A stretch of 64,000 nt of DNA from assembly GCA_015065295.1 (NCBI GenBank), contig SVQN01000003.1, forward strand, positions 1,735 through 65,734, given 5' to 3'. Of the stretch, positions 8,086 through 17,250 are shown piece by piece. The position numbers and the translations under genes are program-made. A model generated the notes under the pieces. The model saw nothing but the letters and a program-made list of their open reading frames with translations, did not search any database and was not told the DNA's origin. Positions within the stretch are counted from its first letter, which is position 1, and each line of letters opens with the position of its first letter. This DNA is from Oscillospiraceae bacterium (GTDB lineage: Bacteria; Bacillota; Clostridia; Oscillospirales; CAG-272).

Positions 8086-9204
8086 TTGTTGAAAACCTAC
8101 GCCGATTACGCGGCGACAACCCCACTCTCCGAGCGGGTGTTCGATACCCTCTGCCGAACCTCCCGCGAGGTCTTCGGCAATCCCTCGTCCGCGCATTCCT
8201 TCGGCAGGGATGCCGCCGATGTCGTTTCCCGCGCACGGGAACAGACCGCCGCCCTTCTCGGCTGCGATCCCGATGAAATCGTCTTTACCTCCGGCGGAAC
8301 CGAGGCGGACAACCATGCCCTCCGCTGTGCCGCAGGGATGCCGGTGCTTATCTCCGCCATCGAACATCCTGCCGTGCTGAACGCCGCGCGTGCAATGGCA
8401 TCCCGCGTGTATTTCGCGGAACCGGATTCCGACGGATGCGTTTCCGCAGAGGAGATCGCGCACATTCTTCGGGGTGCGCCGGAGATCGCAATGGTCTCTT
8501 TGATGTATGCAAACAACGAAACCGGCGTGATTCAGCCGGTACGGGAAGCTGCCGACGCTGCTCATGCCGCCGGTGCGCTGTTCCACTGTGACGCCGTACA
8601 GGGTACCGGTCATGTTATGCCGGACGTGCGGACGCTGGACTGTGATCTTCTGTCGGTGTCAGGACACAAATTCCATGCTCCCAAGGGGATCGGCGCGCTT
8701 TATGTGAACAGACGGATTGCCGGACGAATTCCTCCGTTTCATTACGGCGGCGGTCAGGAACATGGTCTGCGGAGCGGGACGCTGCCGGTGCCGCTCATTG
8801 CCGCGTTCGGGGAAGCCTGCGCGGAAGCTCTGGAACGCCGGGACGACGATGACCGGCGGATCCGCTGTCTGCGTGACCGGATGGCGGACGAGCTGCTGAC
8901 GATTCCGGGAAGCCGGCGGATCGGGCAGGGAAGGACGATGCCCGGGATTCTCAACATCGCCTTTGAAGGAACCTACGGGGAAAACCTGATGCTGCTGTGC
9001 GACCTGCGCGGCGTTTCGCTGTCCACCGGTTCGGCGTGTCATGCCGGAGACGATACGCCCTCCCATGTCCTGACAGCGATGCGTGTTCCGGAGGAATACC
9101 GGACGTCGTCTGTCCGTATTTCCATCGGCCGTTACACGACGGACGAGGAGGCGGAACGGATCACAGAGACCCTGCGCGACTGTGTTATGCTGGCACGGGG
9201 ATGA
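8086..9204 (+). CDS. Cysteine desulfurase (NifS/IscS class V aminotransferase)
   Basis: 372 aa with a TTG start after AAAGGAAG. The PLP-lysine motif is 'SVSGHKFHAPKGIGALYV' and the catalytic Cys loop is 'STGSACHAG'. Confidence 0.9.
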   Translation: MLKTYADYAATTPLSERVFDTLCRTSREVFGNPSSAHSFGRDAADVVSRAREQTAALLGCDPDEIVFTSGGTEADNHALRCAAGMPVLISAIEHPAVLNAARAMASRVYFAEPDSDGCVSAEEIAHILRGAPEIAMVSLMYANNETGVIQPVREAADAAHAAGALFHCDAVQGTGHVMPDVRTLDCDLLSVSGHKFHAPKGIGALYVNRRIAGRIPPFHYGGGQEHGLRSGTLPVPLIAAFGEACAEALERRDDDDRRIRCLRDRMADELLTIPGSRRIGQGRTMPGILNIAFEGTYGENLMLLCDLRGVSLSTGSACHAGDDTPSHVLTAMRVPEEYRTSSVRISIGRYTTDEEAERITETLRDCVMLARG

Positions 9205-9267
9205 GCGGCTTCCAATGGGCTATTCTGCCTATAAAAACGGTAGTTTATATCGGTTTTGGGTGGATTT

Positions 9268-9289
9268 TACGGGAAATTCCCGTTTTTGG
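9268..9289 (+). terminator. Probable intrinsic terminator after the desulfurase gene
   Basis: ACGGGAAATTCCCGT followed by TTTTGG. Confidence 0.5.
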
Positions 9290-9690
9290 AGTGTAAAATC
9301 CTAATTTTCTGAAAATTTGTGCATTGTGCTTATGTGTAGAAAAACAAGTTTGATTTTTGTTATATTTCAACAAAAACAGCGAGCTGCTTGTCACAGGGAG
9401 TTCACTCAGCTCTTATCCCCATTACAGATGTAACGGTAAATAATAATTACTTAATCACAGTTTATTCACAATAATGTCACTGAGATTGCTGAAAATAAAC
9501 ATCAAATGGTGGGTATATTATAAAATATATTCTATTATGGTAAATTATATTTACTTATAGGAACGTGAGAAAGTGTTAAAAACAGGAGGAGCAGGTTTCC
9601 ACAGGGAAATCCAAAGTTTTTCCACAGGAAGCGTTGGGAAAGTTGACTTTTTTGAACGGACAATTATTCCCGCGCGCTCTATCGTCGTGC

Positions 9691-9719
9691 TTGACATTTT
9701 TGTGCGCTTATGATATTAT
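9691..9719 (+). promoter_or_regulatory. Putative sigma-A promoter of the carbohydrate-uptake operon
   Basis: TTGACA (9691-9696), 17 nt, TATTAT (9714-9719). Confidence 0.5.
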
Positions 9720-10045
9720 AATGTCATATAAATATCGGGATTCGTGTATATTTTACGCTTCCCGGGAGATTTTTGCGGAGGAAAACACCTCCGCGGTCTC
9801 CGTATATATGTTTTTTTGACTCGATGACGCACTTCGCAATCCAATGTGACTGTGCGTCTATAGTTAGCGCGGTTTCATCGGGGTTTTGCCGTAAAAGGCT
9901 TTCACGGAGGGCTTTTACGGCAAAAACAACCTTATTCTGCGTTTGCTTGGGGTCGGGAGAACATAAGATTCCCCGAATCGGGTGGAGCCCTGCCGCCGTC
10001 GGTCAGCGGTCGGTCCGGCTCAAAAATTAGCAGGAGGAAGGTTAT
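9720..10045 (+). promoter_or_regulatory. Long (~320 nt) structured 5' leader of the operon
   Basis: Stable hairpins GCGGAGG-aaaaca-CCTCCGC (~9776-9796) and TTTGCCGTAAAAG-N-CTTTTACGGCAAA (~9883-9924), followed by a GC-rich stretch before the RBS AGGAGGAAGG. I do not recognise a riboswitch class. Confidence 0.35.
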
Positions 10046-13000
10046 ATGAGAAAAACCACATGCAAAAAGCTGACGTGCCTCGGTCTGTCGCTTCTTATGT
10101 GTTCCGGTGTGTTTCCGTCGCTGATATCGGCGGCTGATACGACCGAAAAGACTGAGAAGTCGGCACTTCAGGAAATCAGCGAATCCTTCAAATTCATCTC
10201 CTACGCTGAGTATAAAGAAAAATACGCAGATGTGGCGAGAGGAACCGATACGGTTAAGATTTCTGCTGTCGATTACAAGGCTGACGAAACCGACGCGGAC
10301 GTTAAGGTCGTATCCGACTATCAGGGCAAAAGCGGTAAGGCCCTCCAGATCCCCGACGCAGGTAAGGTAACCTGGGAATTCAACGTTCCCAAGGCAGGTA
10401 TGTATGCGGTAGCAGTTGACTTCTGCTCCGTTACCGACAAGACCACCTCGATCGAACGTACCCTTTACATCAACGGTACGGTTCCGTGTTCCGAAGCAAG
10501 ATACCTTCTCATGAAGAAGACCTGGCGGAACAACTACATTGACGGCCGTTTCGAAAAGGACTTCAACGGCAACGAACTCCGTCCTACCTCGTATGTTGAC
10601 CACCAGTGGGGTACCTACGAGTTCATCGACTCCAACACCTATTACGCAAATCCCTTCGAGTTCTACTTCGAAAAGGGCGTGAACACCCTGTCTCTCGAAG
10701 CAGTCCGTGAAGACGTGGTAATCAGCGAAATCCGTATTTATCCGTACGAAGACAACATCTCCTACGAAGAATATGTGAGCGGCAAGTCTGAAGCTGCTGC
10801 TGAACCGATCCACATCCACGCAGAACTCCCCTCGGCTACATCCGACTATACTGTATATCCGATTTATGACCGTAAATCTCCTATCACAGAACCGCAGGAT
10901 GCATCCAAGATCATGCTCAACACGATCGGTAGTGAAAAGTGGACCACGCCCGGTCAGTGGGTGGAATACGAATTTGAAGTAGCTTCCGCAGGCCTCTACG
11001 AAATCGTACTCCGTTACAGACAGAACGAACTTCCCGGTATGTATACCTCCAGAAAGATCTACATCGACGGGGAAATTCCGTTTGAAGAAGCAAACTACGC
11101 CAAGTTCAACTACGATACCGAATGGCAGGTCGAAGCCCTCAACAACGGCGCGGATACCTTCCAGTTCTACTTTGAACCCGGCGTTCATACCGTAAGACTT
11201 GAAGTTACCCTCGGTGAAATGGGTGACGTTGTACGTCAGGTTTCTGAAATCATGACCTCCGTCAACGACGACTACCTTGAAATCCTCAAGCTCACCGGTT
11301 CCAGCCCCGACTCTTACCGTGACTACGGTTTCGGCCGTGTTCTTCCGGACGTTGTTGAAGACCTCGTTCTCCAGCACCTCGCTCTCGAAGAAGTTATTGG
11401 TTATGTCGAAGGTATGGCAAACATCAAGTCCCAGAGCTCCGCAACGCTTGATACCATCTCCCGTCTCCTTCTCAAGATGGGTACCGATGAAGACGAAATC
11501 GCTCCGAACCTGACCGAACTCAAGTCTCAGGTTGGTACGCTCGGTGAATGGATCAACGACGTTAAGAAGCAGCCGATCGAAATCGACTATATCAACGTCC
11601 AGCCCGCTTCCGCTGAAAAGCCGAAGGCAAACGCCAACTTCTTCAGCGCACTGTGGTTTGAAATCAAGAGCTTCATCGCATCCTTCTTCACCGACTATAA
11701 CTCCCTCGGCGGTTCCGGCGAAGTAGACGCAAATGCAAGCTCCATCGAAGTATGGTATACCGGTGGTCGTGACCAGGCTCAGATCATCCGTAACCTCATG
11801 GACAACGACTTCATGCCCACGACCGGCATCAACGCAAACCTTAAGCTCGTTGCCGGCGGTACTCTTCTCCCGTCCGTTCTCGCAGGCGTTGGTCCGGAAG
11901 TTGCACTTCCCGGTACCGGTGCTGACCCGATCCAGTACGCGATCCGTTCCGCAGTTCTTGCGCTGAACCCCGAAGCTTACGCCGATCAGGAAGGCGACGA
12001 CGAAGAAACCAAGGCTTACAACGCGAAGATGCGCGAAGCACTCTCCACCTTCGACGATGTAACCTCCCGCTTCACCGAAGCTGCTATGATTCCGATCACG
12101 CTGTACGGCAAGACCTACGCGCTTCCCGACACGCAGACCTGGAACATGATGTTCTACCGTACCGACATCATTGCCGAACTCGGTATGGAAATCCCGGAAA
12201 CCTGGGATGACCTCCTTGCAATGATCCCGGTTCTCCAGTTCAACAACATGGAAATCGGTATGTCTCAGGACTACCAGATGTATATGTACCAGATGGGCGA
12301 AGAACTCTGGGCAGACGATGGTATGAGAATCAACCTCGACTCCAACCTCTCCCTCGAATCCTTCGAAACCATGTGTAACATGTTCACTCAGTATTCTCTC
12401 CCCGTAACCTACGACTTCGCAAACCGTTTCAGAACCGGTGAAATGCCGATCTGCATCCAGCCTTACACTTCCTACAACAACATCATCATCTTCGCAACCG
12501 AAATCGCGGGTCTTTGGGACTTCGGTCCGATCCCGGGCTTCCTCAAGGACGATGGTACTGTTGACAACACCTCCATGTCCTCCGTTACCGCTCTCGTTAT
12601 GATGGCAGGTACCGAAGACGTTGCAGCTGCATGGAAGTTCATGGACTGGTACACCGACTCCAAGTTCCAGGTTGACTACTCCAACGAACTCGTTGCACTC
12701 CTTGGTCCGGCTGCGAAGAACGCAACCGCAAACATGGCAGCTCTCGAAGAACTTCCGTGGACCTCTCACGAGTATGGTCAGCTCATGAAGCAGATGGATC
12801 ACACCGAAGCCGTCGTTGCTTACCCGGGCTCCTACATCCTTGCTCGTTACACCAACTTCGCATTCCTCGATGCATACAACAACAACGCAGACCCGGTTGA
12901 ATCGCTCCTTTCCTACATCAACACGATCAATAAGGAAATCACGAGAAAGAGAATCGAATTTGAACTCGAAACTCTTGAAATCGGTGAGACCCTCGCCTCC

Positions 13001-13216
13001 AAGCGTCTCGGTCAGGCTGCTGCCGCAATCGATGAACTTGACGATGCTGCCAAGTCTTCTGCTCCCGTTGCAGCAGTTACCGCAGCAATCGCAAGCGAAA
13101 ACATCGAAGAAATCCGGAGTGCCGCTTCCGGTCTGAATACCTCCGATGCAGTTATGGCTGAAATCGCAGGCTACCTCACCGATGCCGCAAACGCTCTTGA
13201 ATCGTACATCGATTGA
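10046..13216 (+). CDS. Giant extracellular solute-binding protein: signal peptide, two CBM6/35-like beta-sandwich repeats, then a family-1 ABC substrate-binding domain
   Basis: 1056 aa. The signal peptide is 'LSLLMCSGVFPSLISAAD'. Tandem repeats are 'VTWEFNVPKAGMYAVAVDF...RTLYINGT...ISEIRIY' and 'WVEYEFEVASAGLYEIVLRY...RKIYIDGE...HTVRLEV'. The C-terminal ~650 aa are SBP-like. Confidence 0.85.
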   Translation: MRKTTCKKLTCLGLSLLMCSGVFPSLISAADTTEKTEKSALQEISESFKFISYAEYKEKYADVARGTDTVKISAVDYKADETDADVKVVSDYQGKSGKALQIPDAGKVTWEFNVPKAGMYAVAVDFCSVTDKTTSIERTLYINGTVPCSEARYLLMKKTWRNNYIDGRFEKDFNGNELRPTSYVDHQWGTYEFIDSNTYYANPFEFYFEKGVNTLSLEAVREDVVISEIRIYPYEDNISYEEYVSGKSEAAAEPIHIHAELPSATSDYTVYPIYDRKSPITEPQDASKIMLNTIGSEKWTTPGQWVEYEFEVASAGLYEIVLRYRQNELPGMYTSRKIYIDGEIPFEEANYAKFNYDTEWQVEALNNGADTFQFYFEPGVHTVRLEVTLGEMGDVVRQVSEIMTSVNDDYLEILKLTGSSPDSYRDYGFGRVLPDVVEDLVLQHLALEEVIGYVEGMANIKSQSSATLDTISRLLLKMGTDEDEIAPNLTELKSQVGTLGEWINDVKKQPIEIDYINVQPASAEKPKANANFFSALWFEIKSFIASFFTDYNSLGGSGEVDANASSIEVWYTGGRDQAQIIRNLMDNDFMPTTGINANLKLVAGGTLLPSVLAGVGPEVALPGTGADPIQYAIRSAVLALNPEAYADQEGDDEETKAYNAKMREALSTFDDVTSRFTEAAMIPITLYGKTYALPDTQTWNMMFYRTDIIAELGMEIPETWDDLLAMIPVLQFNNMEIGMSQDYQMYMYQMGEELWADDGMRINLDSNLSLESFETMCNMFTQYSLPVTYDFANRFRTGEMPICIQPYTSYNNIIIFATEIAGLWDFGPIPGFLKDDGTVDNTSMSSVTALVMMAGTEDVAAAWKFMDWYTDSKFQVDYSNELVALLGPAAKNATANMAALEELPWTSHEYGQLMKQMDHTEAVVAYPGSYILARYTNFAFLDAYNNNADPVESLLSYINTINKEITRKRIEFELETLEIGETLASKRLGQAAAAIDELDDAAKSSAPVAAVTAAIASENIEEIRSAASGLNTSDAVMAEIAGYLTDAANALESYID

Positions 13217-13261
13217 TTTCCGGATTCATCTATTAAGAAAATCTAACAAAGGAGAGAGCAC

Positions 13262-14206
13262 ATGTCTAAAAATACTGAAAAGCAAGCCAAGACTCGCAAA
13301 GAGATGACAAAGGCGGAGTGGACATGGTTCCTTGTGAAGAGAAATAAGACGGCATATTTCATGATCGCGCCGTTCATGATCCTGTTCTTCATCTTCACGA
13401 TCATCCCCGTTGCTCTGTCTCTCGTGCTGAGCTTTACGTCGTTCAATATGCTTGAATGGCCGAAGTTCATCTTCATGGATAACTACATCACGCTGTTCCT
13501 GGACGACGACCTCTTCATTACCGCTCTGAAGAATACCTTCATCTTCGCAGCAGTAACCGGTCCGGCTTCCTACCTCATTTCCTACATCGTAGCATGGTTC
13601 ATCAACGAGCTTCCTCCGAGAGTCCGTGCAATCGTAACCCTTATCTTCTACGCTCCGTCCATCGCCGGTAACGTATACCTTATCTGGGGTACTCTCTTCT
13701 CCGGTGACGCATACGGTTGGGTAAACGGTATCCTTCTTGATATGGGTATCATCGACACTCCGATCCTCTGGTTCCAGAATGCCGATTACGTTATGCCCCT
13801 TATCATCATGGTTGCGCTTTGGACCTCCCTCGGTACTTCGTTCCTTTCCTTCATCGCAGGTCTTCAGGGTATCAACAAGTCCCTCTTCGAAGCCGGTGCG
13901 ATCGACGGCGTAAAGAACAGATGGCAGGAACTCTGGTATATCACCCTTCCTTCCATGAAGCCGCAGCTGATGTTCGGTGCGATCCTTTCCATCACCGGTT
14001 CCTTCGGTTTCGGTGGTATCGTAACTGCCCTCGCCGGCAACCCGTCCGTTGACTACGTTGCATACACTCTGACTCACCATCTGGAAGAATATCAGAACAA
14101 CCGCTGGGAAGTTGGTTATGCTTCCGCGATTTCCTTCATTCTCTTCCTTATCATGATCGGATGTAACGTACTCATCTCGAAACTGATTTCTAAGTTGGGT
14201 GAATAA
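13262..14206 (+). CDS. Carbohydrate ABC transporter permease (MalF/UgpA-like)
   Basis: 314 aa, multi-TM, with the EAA loop 'EAGAIDGVKNRWQELWYITLPSMKP'. Confidence 0.9.
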   Translation: MSKNTEKQAKTRKEMTKAEWTWFLVKRNKTAYFMIAPFMILFFIFTIIPVALSLVLSFTSFNMLEWPKFIFMDNYITLFLDDDLFITALKNTFIFAAVTGPASYLISYIVAWFINELPPRVRAIVTLIFYAPSIAGNVYLIWGTLFSGDAYGWVNGILLDMGIIDTPILWFQNADYVMPLIIMVALWTSLGTSFLSFIAGLQGINKSLFEAGAIDGVKNRWQELWYITLPSMKPQLMFGAILSITGSFGFGGIVTALAGNPSVDYVAYTLTHHLEEYQNNRWEVGYASAISFILFLIMIGCNVLISKLISKLGE

Positions 14207-14207
14207 T

Positions 14208-15083
14208 ATGGCAAAGAAATTAAGAACAAGAAAACATGAGGTCGTCCTGAACCGATCCGTCGGCGGTGACGTGGGCATTACGATTGTGCTCACCATATTC
14301 GGTCTGTTCATGTTCCTTCCCATGTATTACACCGTAATTCAGGCTCTCAAGCCGATGAACGAACTCTTCTACTTCCCGCCTCGTTTCTACGTTATCCACC
14401 CGACCTTCGATAACTTCAAAGACCTGTTCAACCTGATGAGCGACTCCTGGGTTCCGTTCTCCCGTTACATCTTCAATACCGTCCTCATTTCCGTCGGCGG
14501 TACCTTCGGTAACCTCTGTCTCGCTTCCATCTGTGCGTACGCTCTTGCGAAGATCGACTTCCCGGGTGCAAAGCAGTTCTTCTGGCTCATTCAGAAGTCC
14601 CTGATGTTTACCGCTACCGTTACCGGTATCGTTAACTTCATCACCCTTTCCATGCTCGGCTGGATTGACACTTACCTTGCAATCATCGTTCCCGCATGGT
14701 GTTCTACCCTCGGTCTCTACCTCATGAAGCAGTTCATGGAATCCAACGTTACCACCGAAGTTCTTGAATCCGCACGTCTCGACGGTGCGAGCGAACTTCG
14801 TACCTTCTGGTCGATCGCGATGCCGATGGTTAAGCCCGGTTGGCTTACCCTGATCGTGTACTCCTTCCAGGGACTTTGGAATGCCGGTGCTTCTACGTTC
14901 ATCTATTCCGAACAGCTCAAGACCCTGAACTACGCAATCAGCCAGATCACCGCAGGCGGTATCGCCCGTTCCGGTGCGTCCGCAGCTGCTACCGTTGTCA
15001 TGATGATCGTCCCGATCCTCGTATTCGTTGTATCGCAGTCGAACATCATCGAAACCATGGGTTCGAGCGGCATGAAGGACTAA
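14208..15083 (+). CDS. Carbohydrate ABC transporter permease (MalG/UgpE-like)
   Basis: 291 aa from the ATG at 14208 (the ORF track starts at a GTG at 14199). The EAA loop is 'ESARLDGASELRTFWSIAMPMVKP'. Confidence 0.9.
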   Translation: MAKKLRTRKHEVVLNRSVGGDVGITIVLTIFGLFMFLPMYYTVIQALKPMNELFYFPPRFYVIHPTFDNFKDLFNLMSDSWVPFSRYIFNTVLISVGGTFGNLCLASICAYALAKIDFPGAKQFFWLIQKSLMFTATVTGIVNFITLSMLGWIDTYLAIIVPAWCSTLGLYLMKQFMESNVTTEVLESARLDGASELRTFWSIAMPMVKPGWLTLIVYSFQGLWNAGASTFIYSEQLKTLNYAISQITAGGIARSGASAAATVVMMIVPILVFVVSQSNIIETMGSSGMKD

Positions 15084-15093
15084 GGAGGAAAAC

Positions 15094-17226
15094 ATGAAAA
15101 AATATTTTAAGATTCTCCTTATCGCTGTCGCTGTCGTAATGATGCTCCCCTCCATCGTTTCCGCTGCTACCCCGTATGCTACCTACACCTACTCCGCTCA
15201 GGGTCAGGTTCTTACCTCTCCCGCAGCGTATGTGCCGGATACCGTCGTTGACGCAAGCTACATGGGTCTCACCGGTACCATCGATGACCCCCGTGACCTG
15301 TTTGTAGGTCCCGATGAGAGAGTTTACATCGTTGACGCTGCATCCGCAAGCGTTAAGGTTCTCGACCGTTACTACAAGTTCTTATTTGAAATCAATTCCT
15401 TTACAAACGAACACGGTGTTCCGGACGTTTTCCTGAATCCCTCGGGCGTTTTCGTAAATGAAGAAAACATCTACGTCTGCGATACCGACAACAACCGTAT
15501 CGTAATGTTCGACACGGAAGGCAACTACATCAAGATCATCGGCAAGCCCGAATCCAACCTCTTTGAAGAAGGCTCCATCTACAAGCCGGTAGCCTGCGCG
15601 GTTGACGACTACGGCCGTATCTTCGTCGTTTCCTCCACCACCTATCAGGGTATCATCGTTCTTAACGATGCCGGTGACTTCTTCGGTTTCATCGGTGCTC
15701 AGAAGGTTGCGATCTCTGCTCTCGAAATCCTCTGGAGAAACATCCAGACCGAAGAACAGCGCGCGCAGTCCGAAGAATACGTTTCTACCGAATTTAACAA
15801 CATCACCATCGATAAGGACAACTTCATCTACGTTACTACGTCCTCCATCGCCGAAAGCGACCAGCAGGGTGCTATCAACTCCAAGTCCAAGGCATCCGAC
15901 TACGCTCCGGTCAAGAAGCTCAATGCTTCCGGTTCCGACGTTATGAAGCGTAACGGCTTCTATCCGCCGTCCGGTGAAGTCCGTATCACCAACGTTTCCA
16001 CCGCCTCCATCACCGGTGCGTCCAAGATCATCGACGCAGCAGTTGGTCCGGAAGGCACCTGGTCCATCATCGACGAAAAGCGTTCCAAGGTATTTACCTA
16101 CGACGACAATGGTAACCTCCTCTTCACCTTCGGTGACAAGGGCACCCAGACCGGTAACATCGACTCCATCGAAGCAGTTGCTTATCAGGGTTCTACCATT
16201 CTTCTCCTTGACAAGACCAACGACAACATCATCACTTTCCGTCGTACCGAATACGGCGATCTCCTTCTGACCGCTCTCGAACACGACAACAACCGTCAGT
16301 ACGATGCAACCATCGACGACTGGACCGAAATCCTCAAGAGAAACAACAACTTCGACGCAGCGTACATCCAGATCGGTAAGGCTCTCTACCGTCAGGGTGA
16401 ATACGAAGAAGCTATGGACTATTACAAGTCTGCATACGAAACGGAAAACTATTCCGAAGCGTATAAGGAAGTCCGTAAGCAGTGGGCGAACAAGTTCTTC
16501 TGGATCATCCCGATCGTTATCGTTGTTGTATGCATCCTGATTGCGAAGTTCTTCGGTTTTGCCGGCAAGGTAAACAAGAGAACCGCTCTCAAGGTTGGCC
16601 GCAAGAGCCTCAAGGAAGAACTCCTCTACGCGTTCCACGTTATCTTCCATCCGTTCGATGGCTTCTGGGACCTCAAGCATGAAAAGCGCGGTTCCGTAAG
16701 AAGTGCATTCGTTATCCTCCTTATTACAATCGTTGTATACTTCTACAACAGCATTGGTCAGGGTTACATCTTCAACCCGCGTCCGTCCACCGCGATGAAC
16801 ATCATGGGTGCAGTCGGTGCCGTTCTCGCTCCGCTTCTCCTCTGGGTTGTTGCAAACTGGTGTCTCACGACCCTGTTTGAAGGCGAAGGCAGTATGAGTG
16901 ATATCTTTACAGCTTGCTGCTACTGTCTCACTCCTCTTCCGCTTCTCGTACTCCCTGTTACGATCGCCTCCAACTTCCTCACCGCGAATGAAGGCGGCCT
17001 CATCACGATGCTTTCCTCCTTCGCATATGTATGGCTGGGTCTCCTCCTCGTATTTGCGATGCAGGTAACGCACGACTACTCGGTTGGTAAGAACCTTCTT
17101 ACATGTGTGGCTACCATCGTTGGTATGGCATTCATCATGTTCCTTGGTATCCTCTTCTCCAGCCTTATGGCAAAAATCGTAAGCTTCGTCACCAATATTT
17201 TCGAAGAAATCTCATACCGGTTGTAA
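15094..17226 (+). CDS. Secreted NHL-repeat beta-propeller plus TPR-like segment fused to a C-terminal Yip1-type multi-pass membrane domain
   Basis: 710 aa with a signal peptide. NHL-like blades are 'RVYIVDAASASVKVLD', 'IYVCDTDNNRIVMFDTEGNYIKIIG' and 'RIFVVSSTTYQGIIVLND'. 'YIQIGKALYRQGEYEEAMDYYKSAY' is TPR-like. About 5 TM helices follow after residue ~470. Confidence 0.75.
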   Translation: MKKYFKILLIAVAVVMMLPSIVSAATPYATYTYSAQGQVLTSPAAYVPDTVVDASYMGLTGTIDDPRDLFVGPDERVYIVDAASASVKVLDRYYKFLFEINSFTNEHGVPDVFLNPSGVFVNEENIYVCDTDNNRIVMFDTEGNYIKIIGKPESNLFEEGSIYKPVACAVDDYGRIFVVSSTTYQGIIVLNDAGDFFGFIGAQKVAISALEILWRNIQTEEQRAQSEEYVSTEFNNITIDKDNFIYVTTSSIAESDQQGAINSKSKASDYAPVKKLNASGSDVMKRNGFYPPSGEVRITNVSTASITGASKIIDAAVGPEGTWSIIDEKRSKVFTYDDNGNLLFTFGDKGTQTGNIDSIEAVAYQGSTILLLDKTNDNIITFRRTEYGDLLLTALEHDNNRQYDATIDDWTEILKRNNNFDAAYIQIGKALYRQGEYEEAMDYYKSAYETENYSEAYKEVRKQWANKFFWIIPIVIVVVCILIAKFFGFAGKVNKRTALKVGRKSLKEELLYAFHVIFHPFDGFWDLKHEKRGSVRSAFVILLITIVVYFYNSIGQGYIFNPRPSTAMNIMGAVGAVLAPLLLWVVANWCLTTLFEGEGSMSDIFTACCYCLTPLPLLVLPVTIASNFLTANEGGLITMLSSFAYVWLGLLLVFAMQVTHDYSVGKNLLTCVATIVGMAFIMFLGILFSSLMAKIVSFVTNIFEEISYRL

Positions 17227-17250
17227 ACAGAGATATAGGAGAAATAAGAT

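Noticed and set aside
9932-12802. A 956-aa ORF antisense to the solute-binding protein gene. Similar long antisense ORFs occur at 13226-14323, 14220-15155, 15382-17073, 17212-19824 and 20260-22434.
   Set aside because: The translations are low-complexity, Val/Gly/Glu/Arg-rich, and lack motifs or an RBS. The plus-strand genes have clear family motifs and tight operon spacing. The strongly biased codon usage of the sense genes leaves the antisense frame free of stops.
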